From the human T2T-CHM13v2.0 reference genome, Homo sapiens: a stretch of 64,000 nucleotides of DNA. The notes beneath the pieces were generated by a model. That model ran no database searches, was not told the origin of the DNA, and saw nothing but the letters and a program-made list of their open reading frames with translations. The position numbers and the translations under genes were made by a program. Within the stretch, counting starts at the first letter, position 1. Each line of letters starts with the position of its first letter. This document shows positions 52,949 through 64,000 of this stretch, piece after piece. Location of the stretch: the NCBI RefSeq assembly GCF_009914755.1, contig NC_060944.1; one strand, given 5' to 3'.

Positions 52949-53310
52949 TTCATTCATTCATTCATTCATTCATTCTTTGAGATGGAGTCCCGCTCTGTCA
53001 CCCAGGCTGGAGTGCAGTCTTCCTTTTTTTTTGAGATGGTGTCTTGCTCTGTCACTTAGGCTAGAGTGCAGTGGCACAATCTCGGCTCACTGCAACCACC
53101 ACCTCCTGGGTCCAAGTGATTCTCTCTGCCTCAGCCTCCCACGTAGCTGGGACTACAGGCGCCCATCATTATGCCCGGCTAATTTTTGTATTTTTAATAG
53201 AGATAGGGTTTCACCATATTGGCCAGCCTGGTCTTGAACTACTCCTGACCTCAGGTGATCCACCCGCCTCAGCCTCCCAAAGTGCTGGGATTACAGACAG
53301 GAGCCACTGT
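52908..53310 (-). mobile_element. AluS with (TTTA)n(TTCA)n tail and a duplicated 3'-terminal segment
   Basis: gagatgg...gagtgcagt occurs twice in tandem (52979-53018, 53033-53072). Confidence 0.9.
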
Positions 53311-54416
53311 GCGGGGCTCCATGAACTCTTAACAGATAATTCCATAGGCATCAACAAGCCTCCAGGGTCCCACAGAGTCAGCACACTGAATAGGTAGATG
53401 AAGGTTTCAGGCGTGGCTGTTAAATGATCATAAGAAAATCCTTTAACTTCCTTGGGTCTTATTTTCTTCATCTTAGAAATGGGGACAGCCACAGTTTTCA
53501 AGGCTGAGCTCAGGCAAAGTGGTCTTTGCATCTCTAATCCTCCCTCTGGGACCCACCCTACTTCCCATTCACCCTCTCTCTTCTTCCTCCAAGGAGCTAG
53601 AGGTTTTTGTCGCTTCAGGTCCCTTCTCTCAAAAGGAAATTGGACCTAGGAAGTTACTAATAACAGAGTGTGAATGGATAGTATTTTAATAAATGGACCA
53701 TGGGAATGAGAAACGAAGCAAAGCATTGGTTATGGCCTCCCATATCTCATGACTGCACCCCTGTGGAGAAAGTTTTTCCTTCTCCACAGTTTTAGAGGGG
53801 GAGGGGGAAGTCAGCTAACTGCCCAAGGTTGCGCAGCTAAGAAATGGCCAGGTCATGATTCAAACCCCACCTCTTTTTTAGTCCAGAACGCACGCTTTCC
53901 GACTTTCCCACTTTCCCATTTTCCCACACTGCCCTCACCACTTGAATGAATGGATTTTCCTAATGAGTGAAATAGTTCAGCCACAGAGGAATCTAGGTGA
54001 GAATTATTTGGATGGCACAGGTTGTTCAGTGCCCTCAAAATGACTCATTTAGGCAGCTGCCTAACTCATCTATGTGCAAAACTTCTTCCCTATCCCATGT
54101 TAAATAATAAATGTAAAAGAGGTCCTAAAGCGAACTATCATCCAAACAGAGGAGACTGTCAGGAGAGACAGAGGGTGTAAATGACCAGAGCCCAAATTTA
54201 AGGACAAACTTGTGAAACTCCAGTAATCCCAGGTAAATCTAAGGTCAGCAGAATAAGGAAATGAATGGCTTTGAATTTTCATTTCAGTTTAGTTGATGCT
54301 AGAAAATCCTGATGGGATTCAAAAGTAAGGTATAAAGTGGTAGCCAATTAGGAGAATACCAAAGGTATAAAGTTGATGAGTATGAAGAAACACACCCTTC
54401 CCCTCAAGGAGGATTT

Positions 54417-54685
54417 GGCCTTTGGGAGGCCAAGGTGGGAGGATTGCCTGAGGTCAGGAGTTCGAGACCAGCCTGGCCAACATGGTGAAACCCTGTCTCT
54501 ACTAAATATACAAAAAATTAGCTGGGCATGGTGGCCGGCGCTCGTAATTCCAGCTACTCAGGAGGTTGAAACACGAGAATTGCTTGAACCTGGGAGGCAG
54601 AGGTTGCAGTGAGCGGAGATAGCGCCTCTGCATTCCAGCTAGGCGACAGAGTGAGGCTCTGTTTCAAAAAAAAAAAGAAAGCAAA
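54417..54685 (+). mobile_element. AluS with deleted 5' segment
   Basis: ggcc joined directly to tttgggagg; flanking ggaggatt/agaggatt. Confidence 0.9.
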
Positions 54686-55277
54686 AGAGGATTCCACAGC
54701 ACCAGTCTCATACAAAGGCAGGTGACAAGAAATGTTTTTGCCTGAAACAGAGGAAGCCTACAACTTCTGTGTTCTGGGTTTTGTGGTATGTTGGTCATTA
54801 TCCTGAATGGTTTTCACACGACCATTTTCACATGTGGAAAAACACATTCCTCAGAGGTTTACAGTATATGCAGCAGGGACAAGCTCACATATACCTTCAA
54901 ATTAATTCAGAACCAAGAACCACCATCTTTAATAAAATTATTTTCTCTTGAATTCCGTGAAATTTGAGTTATCTGAAAGAGGTATAAAGATTCTTTACAG
55001 GTCGACTATATCAAAAATTACTTGAATCTAACCGCTAGTCACTAACAGAAAGATCCTATTTGACTGGAACACGTGACAAATACTTCCTAATCCAGTGTCT
55101 TTGAAATTAGCATGGCCAGCTGGAGAATCGTTGGTGCATTTCTTCTTCTACTTCTTTCCTATAGGAAAAAAGCTTGGCATGGAATAAAAAACCCTTCAGT
55201 TCTAGAGTAACCTCAAATTCAAATCCTGGCTGTATCAGTTATTAAATGTGTGGTCTTAAGAAGGATACCTTTTAAAA

Positions 55278-55590
<313 letters not shown>

Positions 55591-57793
55591 TAGCTTCATC
55601 ACCTGGCAGACAGGTACATCAGCATCTGCCTCATAGAAATATGTGATGGTTACATGATTAACATATGAAGAGCTTGATGGTGCTTGGCACTTTCCCTTCC
55701 CTTCTATAACCCTCTGTTTCCTGGAAATTAGAAGGATCTGACGTAACAAGATGTTAAGTTAATGCTAACACTTCAGTATGTATAAGAAATACCTGAGTAT
55801 TTGGGTACAGCATGGATTCTCATTTAGTTGGTCTGGGGTAGTACCTGAGATTCTGCATTTCTAACAAGCTCCCAGGTCCTCAGACAGCACTTGGAGTTGC
55901 AAGGGGTTAGATGTTTTATCAACCGATCAATAAATCATTCAGTAAAGCAGTTATTCAATATCTATTAAAGGAAGCTCTCTGAATTCTGAGTTTAAGATTT
56001 CGAATACCAAGTATTCATGGTGTTCCTTGACACACAATTTTGTTTTGCCTCTGGAGTTACTGGGTCTTTAAAAGGGAAATCAGTTGACAATCCTGGATGA
56101 GAAAATTAGAAAAGAAAATGGATTTTAGGGACAGACTGTCTTGAGTGGTTTCCATGGATACAAAATAAGAATGGAAAGGAACCTTGACAAAGGTAGAGCT
56201 GGAGACCTGAGTGGCTGTATGAAGCTCTGGAAGGCAACAAAAAGGTTTCTCCCCTGAATATATTTTTATTTTTTGCTTTATATGTGAAAAGCAAAAAATG
56301 TATATCACATTTGCCTTATGCTTAGATCTTTCCAGTATATTTGTTTCTACCAATTAAGATGATCTTATGTGTTTTTTTGTTGGGCATGTCTTATTGCTAC
56401 AACATCAAGAGTCTGCCAGCTGAATTGTTGGTGATAAATGTCTTCACTCACAAAGCTTTATTTTGAGATAGCCTACTCCAGACCGAGAACTGTAGAGCCA
56501 CGTAACATCTCATTTCAGTGGAGAAAAAACAGCATGTTTTATACTTCACAGGGTTTCCCAGTACTTTCTTGTTACCTTGTTTTCCACCAATTATGTACCT
56601 GGATCCACTTTTGATTCAGGTACCATTTCAATAACATCAGCTAACACTCAATACCTCTTCCTCATGACAATCCTTCCTTAACTTTTTGGCATTTTATTTA
56701 CCATCAAAACCAAAGTTAAAGTTTCCCAAATGTAACATGCTATTTTGTATGTCTATTCCACAGAACCTTGCTTCTCCAAGTATGGTCCATGAACCAGCAG
56801 CATTGCCATTGCCTGAAAGTTTGCCGTAAATGCAGAATCTTACACCCTCTCTATTGAGTCAGGATATGCATTTTGATAAGATCCACAGTGATTTATGTGG
56901 ACACTGAAATTGAAGAGGCACTGTCCTAGCACATATTCTTTCCTCTGCCTTCAATGCCCTTTTCCTCCTACTTGCCTTCTTAGTGAACTCCTATTCGCTC
57001 TCAAAATCCATCTCAGATGTCACCTTATATTAAATAGAAATATTTATTGACTCTTTCTGAGAGAGACATTTAGGTATTCTTCTATGCTACATATATATAT
57101 CTTCTTAATTCTGCACAGGTATTATAATGTATTTCTCATCAGTGATGTCCCTGAGGGGATATATCTGAGCCACATTCATTTGTATCTTCTGCATCTCTAC
57201 CACTTACAAAACAGCCTGGCACATAAAAGGTGCTCAATAAATACTTAATGAAATGGCTGGAACTGGCACATCAGGGAGGCAAATAGCTGAAGCAATAGGC
57301 TGGTAATTAACCATCGTTACTTGCAAGCATATTTTAAAACAGAATTGCAGAATTTCTCTGTGCCACCCAGATTCATTATTTTGATACAAAACTTCAAGTG
57401 ATCCTCTCCCTGTCCCTTCCTTCCCCTGGTATCCTTGGTGTCTTAGCATGCAGCAATGGTAGAGTAACTCAGGAGAATGAAATTCAGCTTTAGAAATCTA
57501 TATAGGCGACAGGACATTCTATTATTTGTCACTGAAGCTTCATTCTTAGCAGGTTGCTTATTTTAAATCAATGGGTATTAATGTCCTTCTGAGGGCAGGG
57601 AGAACATTCACCAAATGAATGAACTATACATGCCTGAGAGCATAATGGGCCCTCTGGGGAATGTAGGGGAAAGGGTAGTCATATTCCCTGACTCCAAAGT
57701 GCCTGCAATTTATGAAGAGTTCATAGTCACTGCGGCTTTATCCTGGAGAAGAATAAGAAGCACCTCGAATTCTCTGGATAATAAAGAAGCCTA

Positions 57794-57997
<204 letters not shown>

Positions 57998-59179
57998 CTA
58001 CAATTGTAAGTAAACTGATTGAGAGGTACTGATTGTGGGGAAGTTTATTCAGAAAATCTATTACAGACAAAAAGCATCAAGGGTAGCTAGTAGAAATAAA
58101 AGGAATCAAGGTAGCAAATTTGAGAGAAAATGGCAGGTCACTCTGACATTGGAGAGACACAGAGAGAAAATGAAAACAAGTAGAACCAAAGCAAGATTTG
58201 CATTCACAAGAGGGAGTTTGGTTGACCATCTTTGGGGATATGATCAGATATCTCTAAGGGTCTCCTTTAGAATGCACTGTTCACAGTCCTCTGCTGGTTA
58301 TCCTAGCAAAGGGTCACCAACTCGTAGTAATTGAGGGAATGAGTCCCACAAGTGAATGAAGTAAACTATCTATTATTAGAACTGGAGCCACACAAGACCA
58401 ACTTAACTTCTCCTTGGAAGTAGGTATGGGTTGAACTTCAGAGATATTTGGGCTGAATTGAAAGAATATATATTGAAGATAAAAATAAGTATGGCATAGA
58501 AATTAAAAAGGCTAAGGAGCCTGCTTGCTGGAGAGAGCTTCCAGAAATTGCTGCCCTGTGGCTGTTTCCACTCGAGTTTTCAGAGCTAGTGTTAAATAAT
58601 AAACTACAGAATTATTTATCTACATCATATTGCTCTGTGTGTTCTGGCATTGTGGTTTGGAAAATAAATTCCAGAAACCAGGAATGGTGGACTGGAAAGA
58701 TGCTGAAGCCCAGTCACCTGGAACTCTCTGTGAGATTTGGAGCGTGTGTAAGAAATAAGCACCCGTGGGAGCTGGAGATGTGTGGAGGCCACTGGGGGCT
58801 TCATATGAGCCTCCATGATAAACAGAGTTCAAAATTGCAGCTGAGTGCATTTGTACAGTGCCTGTTTATGGACCAAACACCTTCTTACTTCTCAGAGAAT
58901 GGGAGTCCTTACAATAGAAAGACAAAGAGGTCAAGCAGCCGTAGATTGTTCTGGGAGTTAGAAGATGTGGATTGTACATGCTTTCCTGGAGACTAACATC
59001 TAACACTGATACCCTGACTTGATATTTTAGGACTTAGATCTCTCATCCACAAAAACTTATCTTTCCCCTCAATGCTCTCATAAAATTACTAAAAGAATAT
59101 TACTCCAAAATACTTTATGTGTTTTCTAACATAATTACTCATGTTTCCCCACCTATTTTAGAGCTCTTAAGTGATAAGT

Positions 59180-60290
59180 TTAAAAGGTAAATGAGAAAGT
59201 GGAAGGTAAACATTAAAGTACAACAAATATACAGAGAAGGGTTAATTCCTTAACATATCAATAGCTCCTACACATCAATAAAACAAATGCTAGCACCCTA
59301 ATTGAAAACTGTGTACAGAACATATGATTTAGTGAAGAAATAAAAATGGCCTATAACCACATAAAATTCAATTTAGCTACACTAGTAATAAAAGTGCTAA
59401 TGAAAACAGTAAGGTTTATTCATATCTAGCAGATGAACAGAGATAACATGACAGTCTCAATGACGCTAGTGAAGGTGAAACAATACTATTGGTGAGGGTC
59501 TAGATTGGTACAAACTTTCTAGAAATTAACACTGTATATCATTTATCTAAAAAAAGTACATATCATTTGATCTGTTCATCCTACTTCTAGGAATCTAATA
59601 AATTATCAGATATGAAGCCAAAGACTTATGTGTAACAACACTCACTGCAAAATAATAAAAGTGACAAATTGGAAACAGTATAAATCAGAAACTGGTTTTA
59701 AATATGATACATGTATACGATAAAAGATTATTAAGCCATTAAAATTGTGTTTTGACATGTAGCTAATAGAATACGTTAATATATTTTATTTTACATTAAT
59801 AAAAATAAGTAATGTATGCTGATATATTTTATTTAATATTAATTTTATTAGTATTAATGTTAACATTAGGTGAAATTTAGAAAGTCACAGAACCACATAC
59901 ATCTAAAGTTACCTCAAATTTATTAAATCAGTGACTGGTTTAATAAATTTGATACATGTATATGATAGAAGATTATAAGGCCATTAAAATGGTCATTAAA
60001 TCTACTTTACATTAATAAATATAAGTAATACAGGTCAATATATTTTATGATATTAATTTTATTAGTATTCATGTTAATATTAATTGAAATTTAGAGAGTT
60101 ACCAAACTACATATATAATTATCTCAAACAAAAGAAATTTGTAAACAGAAAAATATAGAAAGGAAACACTGAAATATTAATGTAGGCTATTCCTTGACTG
60201 GGATATCTGTGGGACATTTTCTTTACTTTCCATGTATTCTACAGGAAGAATTCATTATTTTTATAGTTAGGAAAAATATTTTAAAGTTCC
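59180..60290 (+). mobile_element. Old L1M remnant containing an internal tandem duplication
   Basis: Degenerate L1 3' motifs (attggtacaaactttctag, ctacttctaggaatcta). Confidence 0.55.
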
Positions 60291-60697
60291 TAAAGGGTGA
60301 TAGTCCATTGGTAAACTGACCCTGGTCTACTGTTTTAAAAATTGTTTATGGAGGGTATATTATGATATCATAGTAGTGTAAAATATATACATACTCATGT
60401 AGATACAGTGTAGCATAAGAGTTAGAATCTGCTAGACAGAGATTCAGATCCTAGCTCTACAGTCAACCTGCTTGACCCTGAGCCGGATCTCTTAACCTGA
60501 GTCCAGGTTTCCTTGTAAAAATGGTGATAACATCTTTCTATCTCACAGAGTTGTTGTGAGGATCAAGCTAGATTAATGCTTAGTACAGTGGCTGATACAC
60601 ATGAAGTACTTTATAGATGTAACAGCCATATATGTGCATAGAAAAAAGACTAGAAGGAAATATTACAGGGGACGCTATTTTTGTCTTTATATTTTCA

Positions 60698-61483
<786 letters not shown>

Positions 61484-62299
61484 TTACTTCACGTGTGTCA
61501 TATCTAAGGTGTACTTGCTTGTTAAGCCCTATTTTCTTGTTCAGTAATGAAAAACCCCATCCCTCATTAAAGGACATTAGTTTTCAGCTAGCATTTTTGG
61601 GAGACATTTCAGGGGTAGGAGGCCTTTTCCCATGCTTCTGAATTCACATACTAGAGGGTGGTATGGACATATATGTATAACACAGGTATAACACAGCAGA
61701 TGTAGGTACAGGGGAAAATACGTCTCCCTGTGCTAAGTGGTGTGAACCACAGGGTGAACATGTGCAATGTTCTCACCAAATAAGTACAAATATAATTGAG
61801 AGTGATCAGACTTTGCAGGGGTATGTGTGAAATGAAAATGATGCTAGACCCGAAAGAGATCCCAGCAAAGAACATCCACTCTGACTTGGAAGAGTGGGAT
61901 GAGGGGATTTATTGGAGGAGAATGGGGAAGCCAGTGAGGGGATTACTGGTATATGATACAATATGTAGGTCCAGCAGTCACTTCCTGGAAAGAATCAGGA
62001 AGGAGCTCTGGCCACTCCTGGAATTGCTGAGGCCAGGATGGTAAAGATACCACATCTTGTCATGTGGTATGCTCCTAGCCCAGGGCAGAAAGTGCTAATC
62101 CATCAATGCACTCTGTTTTGGAAGATCTCGATGACAACACAGTGCTGGATACATAGAAGGTACTCAGAAAAGATCTGTTGATTGGACTTGAGGCTCTTTC
62201 TTAATGCAGTGCCCCAGAAAGTCTCTATCACTCTACTGGGTGTAAATGGAATGGCATTAACTTATCCCACTCCCCTACCATCCACCCCAAGGACCTAGA

Positions 62300-62490
62300 T
62301 CTATTCTAATATAGTAGCTACAAGCTACACGTGCCTATTTAAAATAAACAAAAATAGATTAAAAATTAAAAATTCAGTTTCTCAATCACACTAGTCACAT
62401 TTTAAGAACTCAGTAGTTACCACATCACACAGTACACATATAAAACATTTTCCTCATTGCAGAAAGGGCTATTGGATGGCACTATTCTAG
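62300..62490. mobile_element. MER3-like hAT MITE
   Basis: aaaattcagtttctcaatcacactagtcacatttt...cattgcagaaagggctattgga. Confidence 0.65.
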
Positions 62491-62517
62491 ATGAATTGAT
62501 TGTTCCCATGCAGCACA

Positions 62518-63380
62518 TTCATTCATTTATTTCAAAAATTAATATTTGAGCAACTATGATGTGCTATGCACTGTTTTAGGTGTGAGGGGGAGGGTCCACC
62601 AACAGTCAAAATGAATGATATCTCTGCCCTCCTGGGGTTTATGCTCCAGAGAAGGAAATAGATAATAATAAAGAAAACCAGTAAATATACAGTGTGTGTT
62701 TCAGTAGTAATGAATAATATTAAGAAAAATAAAGCAGAGTGAGGGGGTTGAAAGTAATGAGATGCCATCTTGGATAGGGTAGTCACAGAAGGACTCTCTG
62801 AGGGGGTTCCGTTGGAGCAGAAGCCTGGCTGAGTGAGGGAAAAAGCAAGATCCCTTTCCTAGGAGGGGTGGTTTGGGCAGTGGGAGTGGCACATGCAGGA
62901 TTCTGAGGCAGATCCAGGCTTAGTTTGTGAGGAAGAGCAGACGCTCAGCTATAGTGGAGTGTGTCCACTAAGGAAGATGGGCCGAGAAGCTGCCGGGGGA
63001 CAGATCATGAAGACCTTGGCAAAGACGTTGGCTTTTGCTCCGAGTGAGGTGGGAAGCACTGGGGGTTGCTAAGCAGACAGGAATGACACAGTCTGACTCT
63101 CTGGCTGCTGGAGGAGAGACTTTGGTGGCAAGAGTGGAAACAGGGATGCCAGCAGCTTATCACAGTTAATGTGGGCTGAGATTAGGGTGGTTATTGTAGA
63201 TGGGGTGAGAAATGGTGAAATCTAGGGCAGGATTTGAAGATGGAGCTGACAGGATTTGCTGATGGATTGGGTGAGATCTTGAAAGACAGGAATCAAAGAT
63301 GGCTATCAGGATTTTGGCCTAAGCAACAGGCCATTTAATGAGATGAGGAATCCAGGGGCAGGAACAGGGCTTGTGGGGTG
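62518..63380 (-). mobile_element. L2 LINE remnant
   Basis: ttcattcatt tail; tgagcaactatgatgtgct..gcactgttttagg; ggatttgctgatggattgg. Confidence 0.75.
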
Positions 63381-63399
63381 TGATAATCAGCTTCCAAAT

Positions 63400-64000
63400 T
63401 GCTCTCAATGACCTGTGCCTCCTGACATTCATATTCCTATGTAGTCCCCTTCTACACTGTATTGGGATCAATCTGTGTGATCAAAGAAAAAGGCAGAGAT
63501 GATGGCAAGTTCCTTTGCTTTCTTACATCATTTATTTTGGCTTTCACCAGCTGCCATGTCATGAGGACACTCAAGAATCCTTTGGAAGGGTTGGGTGCAG
63601 TGGCTCATGCCTGTAATGCCAGAGCTTTGGGAGGCTAAAGCTGAAGGATCACTTGAGCCCAGGAGCTCAAGGCTGCAGTGAGCTATGATTGCACCACTGC
63701 ACTCCAGCCTGGATGACAGAGTGAAACCTTGTCTCAGAAATAATAAAAATAATAATAATAATAAAATAGAGAGGTCCATGCAGCAAGAAACTGAGGACTC
63801 CTGCTAAGAGCTAGCTAGAAATTGAGGCCTTCTGGCAAACAGCCATGTGAGCCATTCTGGAGGTGGATCCTCCAGGTCCAGTTGATCCTTCAGATGACTG
63901 TGTTCCTGTTTGAAACCTTGACTGCAACCTCATGAGAGATTCCAAGACAGAACCAATCAATCAGCTAAGCCCTCTCAATTTGTGACCTACAGAAACTGTG
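63400..64000 (+). mobile_element. MLT1 LTR interrupted by an Alu monomer (~63590-63765)
   Basis: cagctgccatgtcatgagg...cagccatgtgagccattctggaggtggatcctccag; Alu with (AAT)n tail inside. Confidence 0.7.

Overview
Human (primate) genomic DNA, recognisable as the LAMP5 / PAK5 locus on chromosome 20p12. The + strand carries the complete LAMP5 (BAD-LAMP, C20orf103) coding sequence: 6 exons from ATG 9756 to TAG 24723, 843 nt, 280 aa. The - strand carries the last six coding exons and 3'UTR of PAK5 (PAK7), encoding the whole kinase domain and converging tail-to-tail with LAMP5. The first ~10 kb is the expected territory of the divergent lncRNA LAMP5-AS1 (- strand, AATAAA at 107-112). The rest is intronic or intergenic DNA rich in Alu, L1, L2, MIR, MaLR/ERV LTRs and DNA-transposon fossils. 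The most unusual observation is in the orphan CpG island at ~1.4-4.1 kb. Manual translation of the + strand shows, in the correct order and orientation, frameshifted remnants resembling a Pax paired-domain linker/RED subdomain (1601-1773) and a PAX-class homeodomain (3785-3978). This is a candidate decayed Pax-family gene (unitary pseudogene) lying antisense under LAMP5-AS1. It rests on by-eye alignment in GC-rich DNA and needs computational confirmation. Repeat subfamily names are by-eye calls.
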